Shown piece by piece: positions 1-12,354 of a DNA stretch of 64,000 bases. Source of the DNA: Marsupella aquatica. Lineage: Eukaryota; Plantae; Marchantiophyta. The notes below the pieces were generated by a model. It was not told the DNA's origin and ran no database searches. It saw only the letters and a list, made by a program, of their open reading frames with translations. The stretch is taken from NCBI GenBank assembly GCA_973895155.1, contig OZ316898.1, forward strand, positions 17,598,752 to 17,662,751, in the 5' to 3' direction. The position numbers were made by a program, and so were the translations under genes. How positions within the stretch are numbered: the first letter of the stretch is position 1; each line of letters starts with the position of its first letter.

Positions 1-329
1 CTATAGTAGAGGCCTACTCCTTTGGCTGAAACACAGAAAAAGGTACTTTCTGTGGTGTTTTGATGCTAAATAAACAATAAAACATATTTCAGAGTTAAAC
101 ACAAAATACTGGTAATGGCTTATTAAATATCACTAGTCCAATTACCCCTTCCTTGAACCTAAATAGATATGAAGAAAAACAATCTTGTATAATAAAATTC
201 CATGCTATTCAGTTAATCTTTGCTTCATTCTTGTTTTTTGTCCACCCTCATTTCAGTTTTGTCTTTATTTGGAATCAATATCATTTTTGTCCATACTCAT
301 TTTTAATTTAATTGAGATCATGATCACCT

Positions 330-1100
330 CTGTCTGTATCAAGGGTTAAGGTCTAGAGACTTCACTCGAGACCCTAGACCTTTAAGAGTATTCTTGGTTT
401 GCGCTTTTTTAATAAGATTGATTCCTTGGAAATAATTATAGAAAAAGGAGCATACTGGGACGGAAAAGCATACCGCCAATGTATCTGGTTTAGCTCGCCA
501 AATAGTTTCCAGTAGATACCGATCCATATCCAATGCCACAATAACCCTACTTTTCCATCCCTAAAGTATCGCAATGTCCGATGTCAATACATTTGCAATT
601 TCCGTTCCTAAAACAATCGGACATTTTTGACGACAATACCATCAGGAGTTTCCATGCCCATACTATTGGTCTAAAATTGAACGCTTCCGTTGACAGAAAA
701 TGTGCAGAACACACATCCAATCAAACGGGCATCGGACACACTATCTCATTCTGTAAAATGATACTTGATATATGGCAAATTGGTTCAAGTAACCAATCTC
801 AAGTGAGAAAGACCCAACCTCTTATGGAAGTTGTGGGTCCTGTTTGTAATACCAGACGACAGGCATAGTTGTGGTTGGAGCATTACTTTGAGTGGCAGAC
901 CGGATTTATCTTATCTGGAGGGCTAATAAATTGCTCCGTGGACGCACTACCTCTTATGGTAGGCTTTCCTTGTTTCTATTACAGACAGACTGGTCATGTC
1001 AGGTTTATGCGGTCAATTTTGGGGAGAATCACTAAATTACAAGTACTTTTAAAGCTTGGTTGAGTATTATTTGAAATTTGGGACAGATGGGAAGGGACTC
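330..1100 (-). mobile_element. Possible highly degenerate LINE ORF2 C-terminal relic
   Basis: Broken minus-strand frames give CVFC, HFL..VWAW, LLWHWIW and TIWRA fragments, in the order expected for the zinc-knuckle/IWxxRN tail of plant LINE ORF2. There are many stops and frameshifts, and no RT core is visible. Confidence 0.25.
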
Positions 1101-2505
1101 TTCCAGCCCAAATGACAAGCAGGATTAATCTTTATGGCAAAAAGTTTTAGGGCTAACCTTAAGTACTAAGTTAAATCCATCAAATTTTGCCCTTTGAGAC
1201 CCCGAACTAGTGCACGAGGTGAGTTGGGGTTAACAGCTTCTAATCCATACCTTACTGCCAGTTATTAGGTGTCTATAGATAGGCTTATTGACTAACATAG
1301 TGGATAATGGGCAATGTCAAATGTGCAAGCAAACAAGAAAAATCTTATTGTTAGGAGGAAAAACATTTCCTTGTATGAGGAAAACATCTCATTTTGCTAG
1401 AGAATTTAGTCACTAGCTAGCCAAAACCTGGTTAGTAAAATCAAATGCTGGGACTCCTCTTTTGGCTAGCTACGTTGCTAACCATACGTGGTCTTAGAAA
1501 TGCACTTGACATACAAAATTTGGCAAAAATTAAAAGACATTAAGAACCACTAATAACTCGCTAACAATACTCTATTTGCTTCCACAAATTCGTGCCTCCT
1601 CACATCGTGCAATACCTCAATGTTGGGTCTGTCAATCATGATGAGCTGTGACTCGCTTGGAATTCACACAAATAGAGGGAGGACGCTAAGAGAGAGAGAG
1701 AGAGGGAGCAAGGGAATCCACCCATTATAATAATATTTTGTTTGAGGAAACAAGAACGCCAAATACAACCAACAGCACGTCCTTAACATTAACGCGAATA
1801 ACATTAGATTAGCTGTCAGTGAGAATATAGAATGGCTGGCATGGGGAATATTTTCCACTGTTGTTGTTGGTCTTTTTGTTTATCAATACTCTTTACATTA
1901 CAATAATACTACTTTCTGCTTTTCCTCATGGCCCATACAGTCGGCTCTGTCTAAGTGCATACTCCATAAGCACAATAACTGGTTAAGTGCAGGGCATCCT
2001 ATTCTTCATTTTATATTGAGCAAGCAATTTTTATAATATTTTCTGAGCGCACACAGGCCTGGACTCATTTGGCTAAATGACAACTTCATAAGGGCTAACC
2101 CTTGGTATAGAAACTTATGGGTAAATACACAACCCCATAAAATTGCTTTCACCTATAAATGGATGCCCATTCTTAGTAGACTTAAAAATGCACTTAGGGA
2201 CTTGGGCACAGAACTCAGGGCAGGGACAAGAGGTAAGTATAGCATTACGATGGCCTGGGCATAGGATGGCCTGGGCATAGGGTTATGAGGCCATAATACT
2301 GTGACCAGAAAGCAAAGAAAAGCTGACCAATGGGAGCAACTGAGGAGCTTTTATGAACATTTTAGGAGAAGGTAATATGCAATTCACTACAGAATGAAAC
2401 TAAATGATTTGATTTTCATGGCAGTAGATTATGAAAATAACAGGGATCTCCATTAATAGCTACACACCAGTAACCTTAGTCGGGTATCAAATTTATCAAT
2501 TGCTC

Positions 2506-2589
2506 CCTTGGAGGGCCCATTACACATTTAACCAAGGGATGTAAATTCCCTTGGAGGGCCCATTACACATTAACAAAGTGATGTAAATT
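2506..2589. repeat. Two-copy ~43-bp tandem repeat
   Basis: cccttggagggcccattacacatt(t)aac(c/a)aag(g/t)gatgtaaatt occurs twice head-to-tail. Confidence 0.85.
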
Positions 2590-3489
2590 ATGGACACTAG
2601 TCAATAAGTGCACTGTTTAGGGGGTGTGCACTTATCAAGGAATTCTCCACACCTGGTTTAGTGCACGCTGGATACGTATCCTCGTCCTCGTTGGAGCATA
2701 ATAGTATTTTCTTCAGTGACAGCTCAACAGCAAGCACTGTGGACTGTGGTCTATCAGTTGAGATGTCGTCAAATCATTCTCTATCGAGGCAATTTACTTT
2801 ACAGCATTGCAAACTCTCTCAGTCTCTCTCTCGGTCTCTCTCTCGAGCTTTCTTTCTCGCCGCGTTCTTCTGCGGATTTGCATTTCGCGCAAAGCATTGA
2901 CTCGCTCTGCCATAGCCCATGTGCGCAGCATTATGCTCTACTAGTGCACTGTACAGTACGTAGCGGAATTCTCTCTCGTCTCAGTTCTCACCGCAAGCGA
3001 GAGGCATCGGAAATTGCTGATCTGAGCTCGCATCAGCACTTGAGTGGTCGGCTTTGGGCAGGCGATCAGGCACGCGAGCTCCCAGACGAGGAACGACTGT
3101 CGAATTGGAGGCGGCCAGGCAATTTTTCAGATCGATTCTTCGCTGATCGCGGTGTTCGCTCGACATCGGAGAGTCGGAATCGGTGCGGAGAGAGTTTTTT
3201 TTCTTCTTCTGAAACGAGCGAGAGGAGAGGAGAGAGGAGAGGCTGCTCTGGGTCTGCCAGTCTTCGGGCTTTGTTGGCAGAGAGGTGTGCTTGTTGTTCA
3301 GAAAGTGGTGTGGTGTGGTGATTTGAGGCGGGGGATTCGATTTCGAGGCGTAGACGAGTCGGATCATTCGTTGACCTGTAGGGTAGAGTATTACCTCGAT
3401 TGGGCATTTATTGCTTGCAACGTGTTGGCGAGGGCGGGCTTCAGTTTCGGTTCGGTGTCGACAGGAGCAAAGGTTGGAGCGGAGGAAAG

Positions 3490-5201
3490 ATGGCGGAGAC
3501 GAAAACTAGCGGGAGTTGGAACCTCGATGGCATCGCAGCGAAGCTGCAGGCGAAGGCTGACGAGCTGTTGAAGAGCACCTCGAGCACTGCTGGGAATGAG
3601 GGGACGGACGATGACGCCGCAGCAAGCACCGGAGGCAAGCGGGAGGCGTTGAGAAACGTGGCGAACATTGTGAAGGGGCAGGCGGAAAAGGGATTGGAAA
3701 CCTCGAAGGAATACCTCACGCAGGTCGTAGGGAAAGTGAGCTCGACTGCGAGCGCGCAATTCGCCGACGCGAAAGAAAAAGGTGTCACTCATTTTACTAC
3801 CGCATCTGAAAGTGCCAACGTGCAGTACGCCGCCGTGAAGGAAAAAGCCTCTACTCACCTGACTGGCGTGCAAACCAATATCAACAAAGCTATCGCTCAG
3901 GGGCAAGCTAAGGCGACCAGTACTGGCGAGGAAACTACTGACCGGGTAAGTTATCTCGTTCGTTAGTGCCAAATTGCTCTGGCCAAAGCTCCATTGCTGT
4001 GTGGCATTCCGTGGTCTCTATCTGCAGGCATTCGATCTTTAGCTCAGCTGAATGACTGAGACACTTCAAGCTCTCTCCAGGGATTGTAGCGGTGCTGCTT
4101 GACTTTGGAGGTCACTTCCGAACCTTGACAAGGATGCGTTGTAGCCGATTTAGGATAGTTTGCTGCTATTGAAGGCCTAAAGTGTACGCTAAAGACGCTA
4201 ATCCTGATGAGGATGCGAACCACACCGACGATGCTAACGTCTCGCGAACTTTCAAGCCATTATCGTCGGTTGAAGATCTCGGATGAAGTGAATGAGAACA
4301 TCTTCGAATAATGAATGAGTCAATTTATGAAAGTTGTATCTTTAAAATCAAGCAAGCATCCGATAAGACCAGGCGATCTCATAGTAGTCACTTCAATATC
4401 TGTAATGGGATGCCAGGCATCGTACAAAGTTGACGTCGTAATCATACAATTTCTTTGAAAGTCAACATACGCCTCCAATATGTTACAGCTATGAATTTAG
4501 CTACAACTGAACTATAAGAGCTTAGAGCTTTGTTTGAACCAAAATCTCAGCGTTAACTGAGACGAATATGTGTCAATCATGCCTCGACTGTGAAAACATT
4601 GGCTTTGTACATCTCTGAGCTAAGTTCGTCCTGTTCGCCTTAGGCAGGACAATTACTTCAACGGATAACATGCTTTTCTCGAAAGAATCCTGGACGTGCA
4701 CTTGCAAGTGACTTTGATTTATCCTGAGTAAGCAAGGGGCGCGTTCCGAGAACCAGAGTCTCTTCCTTTACGTTTATGTAACATCTCAAGAGACCCAAGA
4801 GGGGTAAGAGAGGTCAAGACAGTATGAGACAAATGCGGTGAATGCCGCGATGACATCAAATGAAGTTGCGAGATTCACTTGAGTGTTGATCGTCTTCCGT
4901 TACTGATTTGTTGGACCGGTGGTTGCTTGCCGTGGGATCCCTGCAGGAATTGCCGACTGCGGAGGAGCCCTTGACGTTCCCCTACAGCTTGATAGCTTGG
5001 TTCGTTTCCCTGTGTCATGGAAAGGGTACCGACACTACCACCGCGACGTCGGGATCGACTACTTCGACCACCAAAGACTTGTCCGCTGAATCCCTTCATA
5101 ATGCGGCAGTAACGCTGACTGATGCTCTCGAAGAAGGGGTTGAAAGCGTCGGTAACAAATCGCATACTGCTGGAGAAGGCTCTGCGGAAACAACCACTTA
5201 A
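3490..5201 (+). CDS. LEA group 3-like (11-mer amphipathic repeat) protein, 236 aa; exons 3490-3945, 4947-5201
   Basis: ATG at 3490; the phase-0 donor CGG|GTAAG joins acceptor CTGCAG|GAA in frame. The protein is A/K/T/E-rich with 11-residue periodicity (TASAQFADAKE KGVTHFTTASE SANVQYAAVKE KASTHLTGVQT). Confidence 0.7.
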
Positions 5202-6048
5202 GCGAAAGGTTTGTAACATCCCATGACGCAACCATAATCACGACTCCCCTACGCATGTTCTCATTTCGTTCCCTTGATATTTCATCCAGTATATAACGTT
5301 TTCCCTTTCTCGCAGCTGTGTTAAAATTGTGTTTGAGAATCTCTGCATATTAGTCAGTTGCATAGCAAGTCTGCTTTTCGAGCTCACAGAAAGTTTGTTC
5401 TACGCGTAAGGTTGACTTGATCATCGAGTAGTTATGATTGTGAAGCGATATCTTGATCCCGTCAAATTGAACGAAGTAAGCAGTGTGCCTTATTATCTCT
5501 AATCTTGTTTGGTTTGAATTTCTTAAATCTATAGACCTATAGTTAAACCATGATCCCGGCGATAGGACGAACGCAGTGGGGTTTAGGCATTTCCATAGGT
5601 TTTACGTCTTTAAAACGTCTTTAAAATAATTCTTGGCACACAAATTGACTAACCAGTAAGGCTACCGTTCCCGATGTGTAAGCCTTAACATGTCCAACCT
5701 ATGTAGTTCAGCGGATGAGTCCATCGTGCTTTCGAATTTGGCATCAGCACCTCTATGATCACAATTCAGTCAAACAAGATCGCACTACTGTCTGATCTTT
5801 CCCGAGCATCGTTGACGCACTATTTCCAGTGTGCTGATCTTTCTGTCGCTCCTCAGGATTTTGGATGGCTCCGTGATGATAACCATTAGACATCACCCGC
5901 TTCGCTTTCGCTGCTGGTTCGTTTCTTCCTACCAGAGCTACCGCTCCAATCTGATCGCGTGCTCTAGTTACTCGCAGGTAGTCTATCTTTTGATGAAATG
6001 TTGCGTTGACATTCGCACCATTTGCTCGCTGCCATTCTTTACGCAGTT

Positions 6049-6051
<3 letters not shown>

Positions 6052-6081
<30 letters not shown>
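6052..6081. repeat. (CT)n microsatellite
   Basis: Directly visible TC dinucleotide run. Confidence 0.95.
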
Positions 6082-6083
<2 letters not shown>

Positions 6084-9010
6084 ACAGGTATGGTGAGAAC
6101 CCCGTCGAGTAGCGTTACATACAGACAAGTATAGACTCGAGAATGTAGCATGCTACCGTATAATCGCAGTACTCCAGCGACTAATCCTCTCTGGTCAGAT
6201 TGGTCAGCAGTAGACGAATTCTTCCACCTCTTTAGGTTGAGGCGGTGATCGTAGTAGCCTATTGGGCCCCTTTGTGGACGTGCTTTAGTCCGGTCCTTCC
6301 ATGGTAGCCGCCAACTTGATTGGCCTGGAATTGCACATCTTGCAAGTATGGGGTCGGACTGACCCACTCAGAATTGAAGATAGGGAATTTCTCATATATT
6401 CTGTTAGTATAATTTGTGTTTATCTATAGTAGCCAATAGGGTACTGAGGAGGTTCTGTATTTCGGGAGTCGGGTGGAAATGGGAGTCGGGCGGAATGTTT
6501 TGAACTCTTCGGTCTTGTTGGTTTCTTCACCTAGAAAAAGTATCCCCAAAACAACGGTTCTCCAGATCTGCACCGCTATAGTATCACCGATTGCTAGGTG
6601 CTGTCTACGAGAGAATGCTAAACATGCTTTCGCGATCATGTCGATTGGCAGCGCCGAAGGCAGTCCCTTATGAAGCAAACAAAACTTCAATACTGTAATC
6701 CCTGAGTGGTTGCTTCGCCTGTACAGCATCTTGTCTGTCACGCTGTCGGTTGTGGTTTCACATTATGAGAAACTTTGGCACGAAGTCAAATCCTGAAAGT
6801 CTATAGATTACTCTGTTGGGAGTACGTCTCTATAAATGCTATCCACTAGCGCGTGACAAGAGTCGTTAGAATCTGAAGGAATGTGACAGATATGACAGAG
6901 TTTTGGGAGTTGCATACGAATCATGTGAACTTCTCTGTCCCTAAACAGTATTGTCGACCATATGTTATAGGATTTTGATAGTTAGATGAGGTTCGGTACT
7001 AGATTCGCGTTTTAGATTCAAAGAAGAGCCGATTCATATGATTGCTAAGCTCACTCTAATATCTACTTATCGAGCATGTCTTGCAGTCGCAAAAGTGTTC
7101 ACTTTGGGCAGGATGTGTATAGCCTTTTGGTCGTAGTTTTATGCTTAGTAACTGAAGCTGTACCTTAGATGGTTGGAATCAGTTACATTTGGTCCAACAA
7201 AATATGGGAGGTTTTGTTTCTCCAAGGCTTCACATTACTTCGGTGTTTGGCACGAGATTGCAAGCCTGAACACGAAGTTATGGTGCTGCCATGCCATCAC
7301 CCAGTCGGGCTCAAACGTTGGCACTTTAGGTGACGAGCCCAAGCAGAGCGAATGGAAACAAGTGCACAACGTCAAGTAGAAAACATGATTCTGTTGCTAC
7401 AGTCTATTAGGTGATTCAGAGTATGACAATATAGTGTTACTCTTGCTAAAAACCTTAGGTTGTTCACCTGCTGAAAAAGTAGGAGATGTTGTGTCGTTCG
7501 GTACAGTGCTCTCTTGTATATATTTTAGCTTGTGATTTTGTCCTCTTGACTTACGGGTACAGTAGGAGGTTGAAAAGTCTGAGACTTTTGTGAGGCAACA
7601 TAGCTCGTTAGAACTTGGCTTAAAATTTGAACTTCTGCACTAGCTGTAGATTTATGCAAACATGGGCTCTACTGAACGTCACTGAGAACTCGGTTTACCT
7701 TAAACTGACAAGAAAACTTTGAAGGGATCTTATTCAGCATGATCTATCTGCATGTTTCGTTTAGAAGCTCCTACGATAGTTGATGAGTCGATAGATGCAG
7801 TCCTATTTCCTGTTCAGTATCATAGGCCAGTTTTGAAATTTTTCTTAAGTTTTTGGTCTTTGAGTATTACGCTATTCAGTCGCCAGGCAGGCAGTTAATA
7901 GAATGACTTGAGAAGCACCAAATTTTACCTACAGACCCTACCGCTGTCCCCAGTCTAGCCGCAGATGTACATTATTATATCATGAAGTGGAAAGTTTTGA
8001 GAGCGTACATGTCCAAATTAATGTGGATCGAGGCCGGTATCTCCTAACGTTCTTGGACTTTTAAGTTTTGATTACATGTCACAGGCTTACTTTAGATCGT
8101 TCTCTTTGGACTTTGCTGCAGATTCCGGCATTCTAAATCAATGGAAGTCCCGGCTGGTTTCGGCTTCGTTGGACTGGAATCGGAACGCACGCTTTGATCT
8201 GAAGGGTTGAGCCACCACACGTCAAGGACGAATGTGGTGGAAAAACTGGAGGACTATCACCAGTCTCGTCAGGGGCTGCGTACGCATGTAAGGAGTACAC
8301 AAAGAATTGTAGAACAGAAAAATGTGTGTAGTTGACCGAGTATGCCACTATCCATGTAGGTACCTGTGCTGAGAACATACCCTAGTGTCGAGTAATAGAT
8401 TAAGAGACGGGCCCTTCTAGATTTCCCGATATGGTTGGATAGGAATCATTCTTTTCATGATTTTGTACGTATTTCACTTCCGTCTCTGCTTGCTGCAGTC
8501 TGTTGATTACTTCTGATTGCCTCAGATGTCTCAAATCCCGGGGAAGATATGGTACCGATTGCGCTCTGTAATATGTAGTGTGCGTTTTGCAATTGCTCAA
8601 GGAAACCTGTTTTGTAACGTTCATTCGAATAAATTTCCTAAGGATTGTCTTCCATGGGTCCTTGTCCGTTGGATTCGCTGTACTGTTATCGTCTATTGGG
8701 TCTGTAGTTCTTGCGCTCATCCACCTTTTCGGGCTTCAAAGGATCTCGAAATCGTTTAACGATTGTGAGTGAAACCAGATCAGATTTTGGAGCAGGAATA
8801 CCAAATTCAGGTACGATAACGGAAACTGTCACATGGGAAAAGTTGGAATATATACCAGGAATCACGAGAATCGAGTATTGACGAATGATTATTCCGAAGG
8901 CCAGACGAATGAATACTGCCAGAACTCAGTAATAATTTATTATTCGTGAGAAGTACGCACTGTGGAATATAGAATATAGCATGCCCATCCTGGAACATTG
9001 CTTTACTTTT

Positions 9011-9207
9011 TGTCCGGTAGTGATATGTAATTGGACAAAATTAGAGAGTAAAACTAGTATACATATTAAATGCAAATGAGATAAAATAATATAAGTAAAG
9101 TACATAACTTTGTGTCCGGTAGTGATATGTAATTGGACAAAATTAGAGAGTAAAACTAGTATACATATTAAATGTGAATGAGATAAAATAATATAAATAA
9201 AGTACAT
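9011..9207. repeat. Two-copy 102-bp tandem repeat
   Basis: The unit tgtccggtagtgatatgtaattggacaaaattagagag...aaagtacata starts at 9011 and at 9113. Confidence 0.9.
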
Positions 9208-9385
9208 ACAAATAAAAGCACAGTGACCAATGGGAAGTACAATTAAATTTTATGACACAAAGATCTTACCAGTTGTGCACTTTCTTCAATGTGTTTTATT
9301 AGTGACATGCATTTCAATAAAAATCATAAACTTTAAAGGAATAAAAACCATAAACTTAGGAAAGAAAGTCCTGAAGGGAACTTAA

Positions 9386-9398
9386 ACCGCCACTGTCC
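9386..9398 (+). repeat. Left TIR of the Kolobok-type element
   Basis: ACCGCCACTGTCC preceded by TTAA; exact reverse complement of 19351-19363. Confidence 0.92.
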
Positions 9399-9936
9399 CT
9401 CGCCAAAATGTGGATCCACCACATTGCTTTATATAGGCAAAACTTCAGGTCCGGGCATTCACGACTGTTTCAGCCCAGGTAGCTTTTTGGCCCGGTTAGC
9501 TGCCCAGCTGTCCCAGTGACCTTACTTGTATAGAGGGCGAGATGAAGCCTAGGTGGGGCAAGTCCTCTCGTCCATCCTGCGCTGAGTGGGCGATCCTTTT
9601 TCTCCTCCCATGCTGCGCGTGCATCCACAGCAGAATCGATCGATCATTTTCTTCCCCCGATGTTGCGCGACTGTTCACAGCTGCCTCTGTTTCTGGCTAT
9701 GGTTGTGTCGTCGGTAGGAGCTGCCTCTGTTTCTCTCTATTCATAGCTACTGCCACCAAAGTCCAAGCGACTTTACATGAATCGAGCAGATGAAGGCGGC
9801 TAAGCCCTGATCGAGCTTTTCAACTTCTGTAGGAGCATTAACTAATCTGGCGTTGTTCATTTCGTGCACACACATGTGCTGGTAATATGATTTGTGAAGT
9901 ATGCAGTTCATTGTTTTGGCTTTGTAGATCATGTAG

Positions 9937-10042
9937 AGCGGAGTGACTTCTTATCAGTTTCGGGATCGATTCGCCCCAACAGAATGTGAAGCGGAGTGAC
10001 CTCTTATCAGTTCAGGGATCAATTCACCCCAACAGAATGTGA
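9937..10042. repeat. Two-copy 53-bp tandem repeat inside the transposon
   Basis: agcggagtgac(t/c)tcttatcagtt..gggatc.attc.ccccaacagaatgtga starts at 9937 and at 9990. Confidence 0.85.
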
Positions 10043-11268
10043 AATCCTTGTTGGCTGGAGCGCATTTCAAGTTTGTGTTGATTTTCCTATTAGCTCCCAC
10101 AATATTTCGAAGTAGTGCTCGCTGAGGAAATCACACTTGCTGCTATCATGCTCAAGGCAGTCAAAGGAAGTGAAGCACGAATCGAAAAGGAATGACCAAT
10201 CGAAGAATTATATACTGCCTTCAATCGATCGCAAGTTAATTACATCACAAAGCTCTGTTCTAAATTTTCAAATATGCTTCCAACATAAGCCAAATAGAAA
10301 CCTCCATTCACCACGTCTAAGTGAATCGACGTCCTTCATGGTAAAAAATGTTTCGCAATCCCTATGCCGAGCACAAGAGTCATCCTTTTCTTGTAAGTCA
10401 TCACAGATAAATGAATTATAGTACATATTCGAACGCCGATGTATCGAGATCCCAATTGGAATGTGACACTGTGATTGAGTTTGACGTTCGTAGACATGGC
10501 ATTGTTCTTACCAGACAGTGTACAATTGAAACGGAAAGAGCGACACTACCGATAGAAGTGAAATTGATAGAAATTATGGAACTTCTCAATCGTCAACTTC
10601 CTGATGTCCCCAAGTAGTAGAGCATTGCTGCAAAGATTCTCTGGCACATTAGAGGTGAGGAAGAGCAACAGCCAATGTGAAGTGGAAGGCACAAGAGCTT
10701 CAGCTCCAGTGAACTCCGATCCTCTTTATAATGAGAACATGTCATTCTCCCATTCTGCGAGAACTACTTGGCCACTCCTTGCAAGGGTCTTTTGCATACG
10801 TGTGGACGAGTGCATCACCAAATCGGGAATGCTAGGAATCAATCTGAGGCCAATCACTCTCAAATACTTGGCCTCCCATCCCGGCGCCCATCCAATGAAG
10901 CTCACTTACGTTGCGCTACAATGTTTAGTGACGCTCACTTACTGGTGCTCATTATAGAATGCCTTGCCCATGCCTGTTGTGGCCCATGCCTGTTGTGAAT
11001 GGCCATTCACAACTCACACAGGTTGTGTATGTACATAAATTCTCTGCCTCTATTGCTCCTCACTTTTTCGGCTTACGAACATTGCTTCTCACTTCTTTTG
11101 GTTTACGACTTGGGAAGAAGGGCATAGTTCAAGTTCTAGTACACTTGCAACTCGCTTTCTTGTTCCCTTTATCGTTCGCTACCCCTCTCTTTCTGTTGAG
11201 TCCGACGCTCCAGCAAGAAGGGTGTGTTGATCTAGTGTTGGAAGAAGGGTGTGTTCAACTAGTACTGC

Positions 11269-11592
11269 TGCGGTTCACATTTTTTCGTTCGGCAGTTCAG
11301 TTGTTGTCATTCCTTCAAAGACTTACCTGGGTTATTGACGGCCGGGGGGGGGGGGTTATTTCAGTTGCGGTTCAATTTTTTTCGTTCGGCAGTTCAGTTG
11401 TTGTCATTCCTTCAGAGACTTACCTGGGTTATTGACGGGGGTTATTTCAGTTGCGATTCAAATTTTTTTCATTCGGCACTTCAGTTGCTGTCATTCCTTC
11501 ATACACTTACCTGGGTTATTGACCGGGGGGGTTATTTCAGTTGCTGTCATTCCTTCAGAGACTTACTTGGGTTATTGACCGGGGGGTTATTG
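11269..11592. repeat. ~85-95-bp tandem repeat (3 full copies plus 1 partial) upstream of the KolX-like gene
   Basis: Recurrent unit ...ttcagttg(t/c)tgtcattccttca.a.acttacctgggttattgac.gggggttatttcagtt. Confidence 0.9.
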
Positions 11593-11610
11593 ATCACCCT
11601 TGCAATCAGC

Positions 11611-12354
11611 ATGAATACTTCCAGGTTTATTCAATCTTGCATGCCTAGAATCTTAAAATTCTCTTCCCATTTACCCAAGAACTTGAATTATGCATGTGTA
11701 AAACTTGGTAGTTAACCTTCGTTTTCTTCTTGGTCATGTGTACGTTGCCGTGTGGCCATTTTGCATGCATATACTTTGCTTACCTTTGCAAATATGTGCA
11801 TTTGTTTCCAATTGACTTTCCTTCATGCACACATAATACTTGCTTGTTCTTCTCAATTTGGTGTAAAATGTAACCTCCATCAAGCAACAATTACCTGGCT
11901 TACTTTTCTAGGGATACTAACTACACATTTTGAATTCCCTATATTTTGAAGGAGCACTGAACATCAAAATAGGCCGGCGGAACTTATCTCCTATGGAGAT
12001 GACATATATCGTTTATCATGGCCAGTTCCTCCACCAGGGCGTCGGAAATTCTGACTTTTCAGACATGCAGACATAGTTGCCAGGTTCTCTGAGTTTTGTA
12101 GAGCAATAGACGACAACCTTGAGGCCCTCAACTCTGCCCAGGTTCTTTCTCCTGCAACAGCTCAAGATTTTCATATGTGTGCGGCATGGGCATACACTGA
12201 AACAGTTCCTCGTCGACAGAGGTATGTTGTGTATCGGAAACTAGCATTTGTTGCTAGCTTTGCGGAAAGAACACCTTTCCCAACAGCAGTCACAGCTGCA
12301 GTGCAGTCCACCTGGGAGCTACCAGGCGAACAACATGTGGGTTTTCGATTTTAG
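11611..12354 (+). pseudogene. KolX-like second gene (P2X7 intracellular-tail-like C-terminal motif); exons 11611-11624, 11952-12354; one in-frame TGA at 12052
   Basis: Manual translation: MNTSR|STEHQNRPAELISYGDDIYRLSWPVPPPGRRKF*LFRHADIVARFSEFC...RRQRYVVYRKLAFVASFAERTPFPTAVTAAVQSTWELPGEQHVGFRF*. The end fits the RYxxYR...RxPxPxxVxxxIxxxFP...GxYxGF signature of KolX/P2X7-C. Splice phases match; exon 1 is tentative. Confidence 0.7.

Noticed and set aside
2661-3972. Overlapping 113-201-aa ORFs upstream of and antisense to the LEA-like gene
   Set aside because: GC-rich leader or antisense shadows, mostly with non-ATG starts and no domain features.
8121-8209. Exon-like segment after ttgctgcag (SGILNQWKSRLVSASLDWNRNARFDLKG*)
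   Set aside because: No phase-compatible upstream coding donor was identified and no motif is recognisable; it cannot be supported without transcripts.
11321-11331. ACTTACCTGG resembling the U1 snRNA 5' end
   Set aside because: No downstream U1 stem-loops or Sm site; it is part of a tandem repeat.
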